NCBI GenBank assembly: GCA_013265495.1
Contig: MU058449.1
Coordinates: forward strand, 310,001 to 374,000
DNA: 64,000 bases
Direction: 5' to 3'
DNA from: Vicugna vicugna
Lineage: Eukaryota
Shown here: one piece after another, positions 13,309 through 26,429 of the stretch
Layout: the number at the start of each line of letters is the position of its first letter
Numbering within the stretch: the first letter of the stretch is position 1
Notes under the pieces: generated by a model
Databases searched by the model: none
Told to the model about the DNA's origin: nothing
Seen by the model: only the letters and a program-made list of their open reading frames with translations
Made by a program: the position numbers and the translations under genes

Positions 13309-14720
13309 AAACTAACAAAAAACTAATAATTTTTTTGTTGTTATTTTACTTGACTTTGGTAGGTACCAGAGGTACAGAGCAACTTACCATGGAACAAAAT
13401 ATGAATCTGTGGCCAGACTACTCATTATTACCTAAATTCTGTCCTATCAGCAAAGTCATGTGGCCCATCAGTTCATTTTAAGATGGAGATCTTACACCTT
13501 GGATCAGGTACAAGTGGGGCCAGAGGCACAAGTAATCTCCACAAGCCAGTGTCCCACTTGACTCTGTCACCTATCACTCTCGTATCATCACTTCTCCAAG
13601 TCACACCTGTTGTCTCAGGATGGTTTCTTATGACCAACTGAAGAAAAAGGAAATAAGTCAAGTTTGACCCATGAATGAGTATATCAGTACAGCTTTAAAA
13701 TGGACTGCCTGTACTCTATAATACCACACAAGTGTGTCCCTGATAGCTAATAATGAAGGGAAATGCACCTGGTATTTGGAACATCTGGCTAAAGCAAATG
13801 TACCTGATAGTTATAGCTTCAAGTTGTGTACCTGATCATCATGTTGTGTTCAGAAAGAAATGCCCTGAGGTAAAAATATCTGCAGACTCTTAGGAAGTTT
13901 GAAAGACTAATTGGTCAAGAGGCTGGATGGAGAAATAATGGAACCTTGGGAAAAGGATATCTGAGGAGGAGACACGTAGCTTAACCAAAGTAGAGGACAG
14001 AAGAGTAAAGATGTGTGCATTTACAGTTAACATTCAGCAGAAAACATTAAGCATGGAAGGAATATGAAACAACCAATCAGACAGAATGACTTGGCCAGAA
14101 GCCATCATCTGTCATTGGTCACCTCCAGTGCTGGAACGAATGCAGTAGACATGGGGTTAGAGATGGAGGTTTTGCATGAGCTCAACTCCTTGGGTTCCCA
14201 CACACCAGGGCTACTCTTGCTGCTGCTGAATGTCCAGCCTTCCAGAAACAGCTGAGACGATTCCATCCTTTGAGGAAACTAATCTGCCACTTAGTGGCAA
14301 GTTAATTACACTGGACCTCTTTCATCCTGAAAGGATCAAAACTTCATCATGATGGGAACTGACACATACTCAGTCAGTTTTCTGTATGGAATTACTTTCT
14401 CTGCTCATCCAGCAAAACTGAAGGTTTCCAAAGTAATTGATCCACAAGAACAGAATCTTACCAAATATCACATCAAAGAAACTTTACAGTAATAGGGGTG
14501 CAGCTGTGGGCTCATGGTCATGGCATCCACTGGTCTTACATACCAATGACCCAGAAGTTTTAGGCCTAATGAAGTGATGGAACAGCTTTTGAAGGTGCTG
14601 CTGAGTTGCCAGTTTAGAGATGATATTGGCAAAGATTGGATGTCTTTCTCCAAGAGACAGCAAGTGCCCTAAGCCAATGGATTGATGTCTGTATTGCCAC
14701 CAGATCAGGTAGGATTTTTT
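13309..14720 (+). mobile_element. Degenerate ERV-L-type internal region, 3' part (RNase H to integrase)
   Basis: TGGCAAGTTAATTACACTGGACCTCTT..GGAACTGACACATACTC (~14295-14370) reads WQVNYTGPL..GTDTYS, resembling ERV-L integrase WQVDYIGPLP..GIDTYS. Right boundary approximate. Confidence 0.75.
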
Positions 14721-15499
14721 TTTCTTTAGCACTAAACATTTTTTCCTCCCCTCCTAAGGTCCCTTTTTCTTTGTTTCTTTGTTCTTTCAGTTAAATCCAG
14801 TGTGTCATTCCTCAAAAGACTCCCACTGGCAGTATTAAATATGTTCAGAGTAAATATTTTAAACAACAACAAAAAATTACTTAAGGACTGCTGAACACCC
14901 TCCCACCCCAAATATGAAATATCACACACATAACGGTTGCTTTAAAAATGCTACTTATTTTAACATTCTTTCTATGACTTTTTCATACCTTCTCAATGCA
15001 GGAGCTCTTTCTCTTTAGACTTTTCTCACATTTTCAATGACTTCCTTATTTTTAAAATTATATTTCTCTGAGTTTAACACATATTCTTTCTCAAGAAATG
15101 ATATGTTAATAAATTGATTATTAAATAATTTGTAAACACATTCTTATTGACATTTTGAATAATTTTACATTTCTCGTATAGTGTGGGATATTTCTTAGGG
15201 TCTTTCATGCTGCTATTTTAGTTTTATGTTGATAAATCTATAAGGAGGAAGAACTCATTCAAGTCTGTTGTTTATCCATAGACATAGCATGTTGACTACT
15301 GAATCCATTTATTTCTCTTTGTGTGCTTAAAAATTTTTCTGTATAAATTTGAAACCAATTGGATGCATAAAACTTTACACTTTAGATTTATTTATTCTGT
15401 AGATTACCATAGAATTAAGGTTTGATTCGGGGGACATTCTTAGAAGTACTTGTGAAAGAAAAAAAACCTGCTGGGATTTCAATTAAGATTGCATGGAAT

Positions 15500-16970
15500 C
15501 AACAGCAGGAGAAAGAATAAAATATATACAGATTGTATATATACAGAGAAAGAACTTATAATTTATTTCCATATAACATGATTACCTATGTATAAAGTCC
15601 TAAAGAAACAGTAAAAAATGTCAAGGAACTATTAAGTGCATATAGCAAGGTCTCAGGGTAAAAGGACAATATGAAAAAAATCAATTGGTTTTCTATAAGC
15701 CAACAATGAACAATTGGAATTTAAAATTTTAAAAAGTGAAAGCATGAACATTTAAAATAATATAAAAAATTAAATATGTAGGTATGAATTTAACAAAATA
15801 TGTATATGCAGAAAACTACAAAACACTGATCAAAGAAAGAAAAAAGATGTAAATAAATCTATATTTATAGGTTAGAAGGCTCAATGTTGATGCCAATTCT
15901 TCACAACTTACTGATTGATTCAGTGCAATCTCAGTCAAAATCCCAGAAAGCTGTTTGTCTGCAAACTGATTTTAATGTTTGTATGGAAAGGCAAAAGACC
16001 TAAAATAACCAGTATAATAATGAAGAAAAATAAAGTTTGACAATACACAATACTGAAATTCAAGACTTAGTATAAAGCTACATTAATCAAACAGCATAGT
16101 AGTGGAGTGAATCAACAGGTGGAGATGTCAGTATGAACATATGTTTAGTTAAATATAGATACAAATGGTTATTAAAATATTTATAGTTATATGTATAGAC
16201 CCAAATTAGTATACACACACTATTTCCTTGCTCTGTTTACTGATAGGGCGGAGACCATGTCATTCCAGTAGGACTGTGCAAACCTAGTTCCCAAATCTTG
16301 GTTTCTAATAAAATTCTCTGATAAAAAGAACTGGGCTCATTGGAGAAATAATTTTATCTAGCACTGGGATGGAAAATATTCAAGATGAGCCCTGGAGCAT
16401 CTTGTAGCACCAGAAACTGAGGAATTTCTGGGGTTGGAGGGTGGGAAACAATGTGAAATGATGAAAGTATGTTAAAGGAACACAGGGACCAACTGAAATG
16501 GGTCTCAGTGAATTAACATGAAACAATTTGGGCAAGAAAATGAATATATCACTATTGCACTATAATCAAAAGTGTAAAATATATCCCAGAATCTATTCAT
16601 ATGTAGAGAAAAGAAAAGAAAAAAGGAAAGAAAGAATAAATAAGTCTCTCATGTAGAATCCCAAATAGTTTATGTAGATACTGTGCATCCAGGATGTGAA
16701 GCATAATTCTCTGCTGTTTAAGTGTGGGTTGTACAAGGTAATTTTCTTATAAGGAATACAGTATAAAGAGGTGGGGAAAGAGTAACTTTCTAGTGGAGAA
16801 ATCTGATGCAAACTAGCTCAACCAGCAGATGGTTAATGAGGTAAGTTTTATAGTAAGTCGTGTTGATAGTAAGTTTAATTGATACAATGTGATGAGAATG
16901 GCAGTCTCTGTTGTCTTCCTCTGAAAGATTTGTAATCTCAATTTAACCATAGGAAAAATATCAGAGAGAC
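15500..16970 (+). mobile_element. Old L1 fragment (ORF2 remnant and 3' region)
   Basis: L1 ORF2-like GAAAACTACAAAACACTGAT, ATTCAGTGCAATCTCAGTCAAAATCCCAG, TTCAAGACTTAGTATAAAGCTACA; heavily decayed. Confidence 0.7.
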
Positions 16971-16975
16971 CTTAC

Positions 16976-17433
16976 TGGTAGGTGAGTTGTGTTCCCTCAA
17001 AAGTTGTGTTGAATTTCTAACCATTGAGACCTGTGCAAATGACTTCACTTTGAAATAAGGTCTTTGTAGATGTAATCAAGTTAAGATGTGGTTATACAGG
17101 ATCAAGGTGGGACCTACATCATATGACTAGTGTCTTTAAAAGAAGACACTGTGAAGACACAGACACACACAAAGGAGAATGTCATATGAATGTGGAGGCA
17201 GAGATTATAGTGATTGCTCTGCATGCCGAAGAATGCCAGGAATTGCTGGCAACAATAGGAAGCTAGGAGGAAGCGAGGAAATATTCTTTCCTAGAGCTCT
17301 CAGAGGGAGAATAGTCTTGCTGACAACTTGATTTCAAACTTCTAGCCTCCAGAACTGTGAGAGAATAAATTTCTGTTGTTTTAAGCCACCCATCTTGTGG
17401 TATTCTGTTATGGTAGCACTAGGTAACTAATAT
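16976..17433 (+). mobile_element. MLT1-family (ERVL-MaLR) solo LTR
   Basis: Diagnostic GGTCTTTGTAGATGTAATCAAGTTAAGATG, GGAGGCAGAGATT and CTAGCCTCCAGAACTGTGAGAGAATAAATTTCTGTTGTTTTAAGCCACCCA. Confidence 0.9.
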
Positions 17434-17499
17434 AACAATTGAGGGATATTCCATAAAACATTTGATCCATGTTCTCAAACCGAGTGATGGTCTTCAGTG

Positions 17500-18530
17500 T
17501 AAGATCATGTCATCTGCAAATAACTACATTCACTATGTTGTGTAGCCATCATCACTGTCAATTTCCATATTATGTCATTACTTCACACAGAATCACTGTT
17601 ACTATCAAGCTGTAACTCCCCATTCCCCCTCCCTCACACCGTTTTCTAACATCTTATCTACTTTCTGTCTCTGTGAACTTGCTTATCCTAAGTGCTTTGT
17701 ATATGTGGAATCATACATTATTTGTCGTTTTGAGTCTGGCTTATTTCATTTAGCATAATGTCTTCAAGATTCAAGGATGTGGTAGCATGTATCAGAACTT
17801 TATTCTTTTATAGGGTTGAATAATTTGCCCTTGGGTGTGTATACCAAATTTCCTTTATCCATTAATCTGTTAATGGACACTTTTTTTGTGTGTCCACCTT
17901 TAAGCTGCTAAGAGTAATGATGGAATGAAAGTTGATGTACAAGTATCTGTTCCAGTCCTTTCTTTCAGTTTATTTGAATATATAACCAGAAGTGAAATTG
18001 CTGAATTATATATTAGTTTTGTTTTTTAAATTTTTGAAGGATTACTGTATGTTTTCCATAGCAATGCACCATTCTGTGTTCTCACTAACAATGAACAAAG
18101 CTTTCAGTTTCTCCATATCTTCATCAACATTGTTATTTTACTTTTTTTTTTTTTATAAGAGGCATCTAATGGATGTAAGGTGATATCTAATTGTCATTTT
18201 GATTTGGTTTTTTTCTAGTGGCTAATGTTGTTGAGCGTCTTTTCTTGTGTTTATTTTTTGGCCATTTGCGTGTCTTCTCTAGAGAAATGTCTCTTCACAT
18301 TATTTGCCTATTTTTAATTGGCAAATTGTTTTGTTGTTGTTATTGTTATTAAGCTCTAGGAGTTGTTTATATATTCTGGATATTAAACTCTATGAGTTAC
18401 ATGCTTTGCAAATGTTTTCACCCATTTGTGGATTGTCATTTCAGTCTTTTGATAGTGTCATTTGATATAAAATGCTTTAATTTTGATACAGTTCAATTTA
18501 GTTTTTCTTTTGCTTTTAATGTCATATACA
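17500..18530 (-). mobile_element. L1M 3' fragment
   Basis: Antisense L1 3' text: GTGGAATCATACA..TGGCTTATTTCATTTAGCATAATGTCTTCAAG; TCTAGAGAAATGTCT; TATATATTCTGGATATTAA. Confidence 0.8.
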
Positions 18531-20278
18531 GCCATGCACTATTTCAAGCACTGAATATACAAAAATAAACAGAATAACCAGAGCCTCTGCATTTGTGAAG
18601 TTATATTTTAGGAGTTTCAAAAATGGTTGCATTGTTAGCCATTTGTTAATATGCCTGATATATTAATGATCTCAAAGAAAGCTTTTAGATTTACTTATTA
18701 CTTCTATATTATAAATCTTCTAAATCATTATTTCTACAATCTTAATTATTTTCTTCCATCATTTTGATCTGTCTTTGTTCTTTCTCTAACTTTTAACATC
18801 CTGAAATTTGGTTATTGTATTTTAATTTCTTCTTTAAAAAGTTTAAGATACTTAAGACCATGATTCTTATTGAGAAAAATGTATCTGACTGAGAGCCATT
18901 TATCTTCCTATGTGAATTTCAGTTTCACTGAACATTAATGGAGCTTTGATTTTCCAAATATTTTAGTAAATATTATATGAGGAATTTTATTTTTAAGTGT
19001 ATATTTACAGAGCATACCTGGTTTGAGCACTGATTTAAACTAATCCAGTGTAATAAAAATTTAGTTATTACTTTAGCATGTTTCTGTTTAAAAAGAATAA
19101 ACCTGTAATGGAGAAACAGTTTCTGTGCTTAGGAACTGACACTCCTCTGAGATTTAATTTCCTCTTCTCTGAATTGAGTATGATAAACCATATCTATTTG
19201 TGGACCGTATTTAAACAAGATAATGCAAAGCACTTAGAAAAGTGTCCTACTGCATAGTAAGCACTTAGCAAAATGCAAATTTGTTTTCTCTAACTCTCCT
19301 TTATATCCTAGCAAGCCTTGCTTCATTGCCCTTAGAGCCAAGTAATCTAATAGAGCCTAGGCATTTAATAAGTGAAGCAGTAGTGGATGACTGTGTAAAA
19401 TGGAAAGTGATAGTCCCATTATAAAAAGATCTTTGCCAAGATGTCTGGAAGAACCTTAGGTATTGCAGGCTTGATCCTGAGAACCATGCACAATTTGGCC
19501 TTGACCACCAACCAACTCAGAGTTATTTGTTAGTTCTGAGGTAATCCTAGATACTATGTTCATTCAGAGCCCTCTCAGCAAGTGACTGGAAGTTTTAAAT
19601 CTGTAGGTTAGTGGCAGGGCAAAAGGACAAGGTTCCTTTGCTGTTAGCACTTAATTCTGAGATATTTTCCTAATTCAGTTTAATCTAGCATTAGTAAAGT
19701 AGTGATTTGGCCTATTTTATTCGCTTTTCTATATACCAGTGTTTTTAATGTGTCTAGTAGTTAAAGGTGAATAAATGTTTGTTGAATGAATGCTAGTGAT
19801 CTTTGTAATATTTAATTTTCTGGATAATGTTTTAGTTTCACCTTTGGAGATCTTATAGTCAAGTTCAGAGAGAACATTTCACATCTCAAAAATGACATGA
19901 CAAGTAAGCTCAAATTTAGTGAAATTAAGGATTTTAAGCATTAGTGTTAAGCATTTCTATTAGACAATCAGAGTAGAATTTGGTCAGTTGTGGATGTCTT
20001 TGTTTAGAATCAGATTATTAATACAAAAGAATACTGTTAAAATATTGACTTTGTGAATTATTGATTCTGTAGCACAGAGTACATAATATTAGATATTATC
20101 CTTTTTGACATAACTATTTTTTCCTTCTCAGATTTTTTGGGTCATTGGTATGCAGACTTATATGCAGATAAATATACTTATTTTGACCTGAATATATCTT
20201 TATTTGTTGTTGTTTAGCAGAGATATTCCATATTAGAAATAGATCTCAAAATTAATAATGGATAAATCTAAATTCTAA

Positions 20279-21226
20279 TTAATATACATTTTTTGATATT
20301 TTCTTGAAAATATCCAGAAGGTGAGTGCGTATCTCATGGGTCTTGATGCCGTAGACCACTGGGTTGAGCACAGGAGGTACCAACAAGTAGACATAGCCCA
20401 TGATGACATGAACCACAGGTGGAGCGTGCTTGCCAAAGCAGTGAATGATGGACTTTCCCAACATGGGGATGTAGACCAGCAGCACAGCACAGATGTGGGA
20501 AACACAGGTGTTAAGGGCCTTGACTCGTTCTTCCTGGGAGGCAATACCGAGAACTGTGAACAGGATTTTCACATAGGAGAGCAGGATGAGCACAGAATCA
20601 ACTCCAAATGTGATGATAATGACAGTGAGCCCTAAAATGCTGTTAATACTGTGGTCAGAGCAGGAAAGCTTAATAATATCTGGGTGTAGACAGTAGGAAT
20701 GAGAAAGTACATTGGCCTCACAAAATTTAAGTTGCTTAATGAGGACAGGGGCTGGGATGAGGACAGTAATGACCCTCAACACAAACCCTACAGAAAATTT
20801 CAAACTGGTAGAACTGTTCAGGATGGCAGTGTATCTGAGAGGATTGGATATGGCTACATAGCGGTCAAAAGCCATAGACAGTAGAATACCTGACTCCATC
20901 ATGGAGAAGATGCGGATAAAGTACATCTGGGCAAGGCATGCATCAAAGTTTATTTCACGAGCATTGAACAAGAAAAGCTTAAGCATTGTGGGTAAGGTGG
21001 TGGCACAGAGGCCCAGGTCACTGACTGCCAGCATGGACAGAAAGAAATACATGGGTTCATGAAGTGATTGTTCCACCCAAATTACTGTCAAGATGCTGCT
21101 ATTACCAAAAATGGCAATTAGATATAAGACACAGAAGAGAATAGAAATGTGAGGATGATAAGCTTCCAAGCCAGGGAAACCAGAAAGCAGCAAAGGTTGG
21201 AAATTACTGCTGTTGAAAAGTCTCAT
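20279..21226 (-). CDS. Class I olfactory receptor, family 51 (intact 315-aa ORF, atypical pocket residues)
   Basis: NSS sequon, LSGFPGLE, LHEPMYFFLSML, MAFDRYVAISNPLRY, OR51-type LSHSYCLHPD, KALNTCVSH, PPVLNPVVYG. Acceptor TCATTTTCAG on the minus strand (exon would start at 21257). Confidence 0.93.
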   Translation of the reverse strand: MRLFNSSNFQPLLLSGFPGLEAYHPHISILFCVLYLIAIFGNSSILTVIWVEQSLHEPMYFFLSMLAVSDLGLCATTLPTMLKLFLFNAREINFDACLAQMYFIRIFSMMESGILLSMAFDRYVAISNPLRYTAILNSSTSLKFSVGFVLRVITVLIPAPVLIKQLKFCEANVLSHSYCLHPDIIKLSCSDHSINSILGLTVIIITFGVDSVLILLSYVKILFTVLGIASQEERVKALNTCVSHICAVLLVYIPMLGKSIIHCFGKHAPPVVHVIMGYVYLLVPPVLNPVVYGIKTHEIRTHLLDIFKKISKNVY

Positions 21227-24200
21227 AATTGATGTGCTTAGGTACTAAATCTTCATCCTGAAAATGACAAAGAATAGGCTATTACATTATTATAATAATT
21301 ATCAAAAAAAATTTCTCTTCTTTTTCTCTCATTTGTTCTACTGCCTTACCCTGATTATTTATAATCAGTTTATAATTACATCTATACAGTAATCAGAGTC
21401 ATTTGACTCCAGAAATAAGCGTTGGTTTTTAGAAACATTGAGTAAACATAAACACAAATCACAATTTTCAGTTTTGACTATGTGATCCTCCTTAATAAAC
21501 CTATGTTGGATAATAGACAAATATTGCACTATGTATTTAAAGTACTGGCAAGCAAATGCTGTTTCACTTATTTTCCACAGCACACTGAGTCACACATATT
21601 GGAAAAAAAATCAACCAGCACAAACTCCAAAAGAATATTAGTAAAATTAATCTGTAAACAGAGAACATTAAAAATTAAAAAATGAAGAAATTATAGCTAG
21701 CCATACTTGAAACATATATTTTTTATGACTATAAATTTAAAATCTATTATTTATAAAAGATAGAAGACCAATGAATATAGAGAAATAATTTAAGAATAAA
21801 AATAGGTGAGTAAACTATTTTATTGCATATTTTTAATTTATGTGTTCATTTATGTATGCTTAAATCTTATTCGTTTGACAATATAGGCACATTCGAAGTA
21901 ATCAATTATGTTTTAAATGTTTTATGATATTATATGATTGTACCCTGACTAAATAATCTAATCTTTTTATAAGGACAAAAATACATAAGGAAGAATACAA
22001 TGAGAAGTGACTTTACGTCTTTGGAGAAACAAATTACTTTTGTTGAAAAATATATATTTAAATTAAAAGAAGGCTGTCAAAATTTTGGAAGTTATAATGG
22101 AAGTTGTAATTGAGGGATAATTTCTTCTCAAATACATATTTTATTTGGTTTGTGAATGATGTTCATGTACTGAATCTTTTTTTCCCATACTCTATAAACT
22201 ACCTTGCTAAGTTTTATTTATGTGTGTGTGTGTGTCTTACCTACCTGACAAACCTTAATCTTGTATGAAACTCAAATATGTATATTCTCCGTATATACTT
22301 GCTGCACACTATGGCAGAAAAACCTCATTACCTGGAAGATTCACCAAACTCAATTTTCAAAGTAAATCTATTTTTTTTAATTTACTGTATTTTTGATTTT
22401 GTGCAATTACTAATGAAAATCCTTAACTATTCTTAAAGTCTTTCCCCTCCTCCTTTTTTCTCTTGCCTACCGCTTTGATACCAACTTCAAAGAGGTATCA
22501 GAGGAAAAGAGAAGGAACTACAACTTCAGCTTATCGAATCTACTATGTACTTACATCATTTTTTCCTTCATTGCTGGTGAACAAATGGCTAACTATAGAA
22601 CTCCCAATCACAATTAAAAATTAGTAGCATGACAGAGTGAAGTTAAAATACATCTATAAGAACTAAAAATAGTGTAGGGCTACATCAGTTTGGGAAAAAA
22701 AAGTGTAGTATAGGTGTACTGTCCTTTCAACACTTCTTTATGATATTTAGATAATAAAATAAAATACTGGGCCAAAAATTAACACAGTAGATGAAGCATT
22801 AGTTATTCCTGAATTCAACTGTAATTGGAAATTTTAAGATATTTCAAATGTAGTTAGAAATTGTTGAGTGAGTTCATATATAATATAGCAAACATCACAC
22901 CGATTGTTGTGGAGAATAATTGATAGTGGAAAAGTTATCTAATATTTGAAAAAAAATCCCTTCAGAGTTTCAGTTTACACAGTTGGTCCAATTTCAGATA
23001 AAGAGATGAATTCAGTATCAAATGCAAAAAAGTAGAAAAAAATGGAATATAATAGCAATGATAAAGCTATAAAAATAATAAAGATGTTGCTAACATTGAC
23101 AATAAATCCAGTGACAGAAGTTTCATGAATAGTGCTTCCAGATGAAGATGGGAAGAAATTAGTCATGTTATAATCATCTGTAGCCAACTTAAAAGTTTAT
23201 ATAATAAAAATAAAATAAAAAGCACATGATCCTGTGACAGAAGAAATCAAAATAAACAAACTCACAGGCCACAGTAATTTATTTCATCGATAGTAAAAGA
23301 CAAAAATTTTCATCTTTCATGATGATAATTATAAGCTCAAAGAATATTCTGCGTCAATAGCAACTACCAGTGGACACTAAGTTGTTTTGATTTTGTGGTC
23401 CTAATTGGTTTTGAGGTTTCTTTAGAGAAAATTGAGCATAACTTAAGCAGTATAATTTCCCATGTCTGTTTGATGGATGGCAGAATGGAAAATGATGGTA
23501 TGAGTTCACGCCCAAATCTTCTTTTTTAAGTAATGCTTTAGTGACAAGGGCTATATGTTTTTAGTGTATATTGGTGAAGTGTGTGTATTTTTGTATGTGA
23601 AAGAGTTTATGCATTATGTAGTCAACAAAGTCCGTAAACTCACTGGACAGAATCTCTTAAGGCCTGAGTGTCACAAAGGAATCATGCCAAATGAACCATG
23701 ATTTATATAATTGAGATTCCCCAACCCTGTGTTTCAGGTTAACAATCCGGAATAAATTTCCCAAATGGCAATTTTATGCTTGTTCATCTGGAATGAGTTG
23801 CTCCTTTTCTGAATAGGAGCATTTCTAAGCCATGGAATAAAGATATCTACAGTATCATAGATAGATTATAAAAAGGTGTGTTGATGAAAGATGCATAATT
23901 TAATGCCATTTATATGTTAAAATACAATCGTATTAAACAATACACCTTTGGCAAAACCACATACAAAGATATAAATAAATGCATTGCAGATTGTGGCCTT
24001 ATGGATACAGTGCCACATAGTGTTTCTTCCAAAACAGTATACTTTTGAGTGTGAAAGAAGACACTAGCAATAACCAGTAATTAGAATTTCTCTGTCAACA
24101 GGAGAGAAGAAAGGACTGGGATATATAGATACATGTAAATAAATAAACAAACAAGTTAAATAAGTAAACAGTAAAAGAGAGGAGGGACCTTGCATAGATC

Positions 24201-24969
24201 AATGTTAATAAGCCAGGAACTGGTATTTGTTATAAGTCACCCCTCTGTACCCAAGATGAAAACAATATTTTATTGAAATGAGCCCTGTAATTGGATACAA
24301 AATGTTTTTGTTTACTCTTAGTTCTATTTTGTTACGTCTGTTTTCTGTTCAACAGGTTACTCTCTCATCTTTAATGTACTTAATATGTAAAATCAGAAAA
24401 TATTTTCAATAATATAATATACTTGAATGTATACTTTGTATCTGGCATCTTTTTGGTACTTAGTACATATGTTTGAGTAAAGTAATAAATATACCAAATG
24501 TGATAAAATAATTCTTAGACAATATATAATAATAGCTTATTATAAATATGGGTTTGATGACTACACAGAAGAATCTGGTACTTAGGAAGTTATTGAGTTG
24601 TGTCTATATGATATTGATATTTTCATTCCTGTTAGTATTAACAGTTTGCATAATAGCAAAACCAATTCAAGTCCTCAGTTCCAATAAAGTTCCAATAAAC
24701 CTCAGATACCATTTTGGATTTCTGAATAGTTCAGCAAAAGCTGCTCACATTATGCTGAATTATTTTACATCCAGCTTCTAACTCTTGCTTCTGATCTGTC
24801 TTATATTCCTAGAGGCTGAAAGATATCAATGCAGATATGTGACAGAATTTTATTATAAATGTTAAGTTATAATGAGGTGGTATTAGCATGAAGGATGTAA
24901 ACAGTAATAGTTTTTCACCTTCCTAGAGGCTGCATATCAATACAGCAATTAAAGTTTGTATGTAACATA

Positions 24970-25279
24970 CAGTCCTTCCCACTATATCCTCCATGGATTG
25001 ATTCTAGGACCCTTATGGATACAAAAATCTGCAGATGCTCAAGTCCCTTACATAAAATGTCATAGTATTTGCATATAACCTATGCATATCTTCCCATATA
25101 CATTAAATTATCTCTGAATTATTTATAATACCTAATACAATGTAAATGCTATGCATTGACAGCTTGCAGCAAATTTAAGTTTTGTTTTTTAAAGCTTTCT
25201 GGATTTTTTTTTCCCTGTTTTTGATCTGTGGTTGGTTAAATCCATAGATGTGGAACCTGTGAATATGGAGGGTCCACTG
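24970..25279. mobile_element. MER2-like Tigger DNA transposon with TA target duplication
   Basis: TA|CAGTCC...CCACTG|TA. Internal GATGCTCAAGTCCCTTACATAAAATG..AGTATTTGCATATAACCTATGCA..CCTAATACAATGTAAATGCTATG. Confidence 0.85.
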
Positions 25280-25949
25280 TATTATTACTGACTCGAAGAT
25301 ACGGAATTTGATTTTAATATTAAATAGAAAAGCCAAATAGCAAAAATAGTAGTTTTAAACAAACATTTGTCATCTTTCTGAAGTAAGTAAACCTAACTCA
25401 CTCTTCCTTTTATTTTAGGAAATCTACAATCTTCTTAAAAACAAACAACAAAGAAATAAATAAATGAGTCTCTCTTCTCTGAATCCCAGTGCCATCTTAC
25501 ACATCTGAGAAAACACTGTAAATTACCTTTATCTTTTTATGAAGAATTTTTGTCTTAATCCTGTTATCCAAACCAGTACAGCTCACTCCCTTTCCAGAAC
25601 CATTCAAAGCACAAAACAAAATGGTAGATACAAATCTGAATGTATGAACCATTGCTTTGACTATAAAAGACTATTGTAAGTCTGGTATTATAACGGTAAC
25701 CACATATGGATCACAAGACGTATAAGAATGTATATATTGAAAATAAAAGAATGAGAAAAGTTAACACTATACATTTATCAAAATAAATTTTGCAGTTTCA
25801 TTAGTAAAAGATAAATGTTGCTCATTATGATAATTTGACTGGAGATAATAAGAGCTATTAATCATGAAGAAATTCTAATTAACAAAAAGTTCATATTTTT
25901 AAAAACTTGTACATAGTTAATAATCACCTCAAAACATTATGCATGTAAG

Positions 25950-26400
25950 TGTAGAAATAAACAAAGATCACCCAAATGAGAACAAACATAGGCTATTTAT
26001 TTATATCTTGCTACAACAAGGATATCAGCCACCAACACTTGCCTTTGGCAGAGAATCAAAGGTCATTTGGAGAGTAGGAAACCTTGTCTTGGTAAATAAA
26101 AGGGAAATCTTCAGGTATCCTCTTGATTGGAAGTTGTCGGCAAGAGGAAACCAGACGTGGCTGCCTAGACTAGGATCTGTTATATGATCAATTAGGGAAG
26201 CGTATTTGGCTCTCTTTCATTGGGTCTCTTAGATGTGGGAGCAAAAAAAGGCGAAAAAAAGGAAAATTGGCAGTTGTTGACTTGGTCTGGTCATTTTGAG
26301 TCACTTATTATGGAAATTGTAGACTGGCTTACATATTTCTTATGTAGATCAGAGTTCTGTGGTCTTATGGTCTGGTCATTGTACCTTTGTGTGTTCAATC
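25950..26400 (-). mobile_element. Probable old ERV solo LTR
   Basis: LTR-like text (GGCTATTTATT as antisense AATAAA, GATTGG CAAT-like motif); family not identified. Confidence 0.4.
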
Positions 26401-26429
26401 CTTCACAGAGAGAAGACAATGAGAGACAA

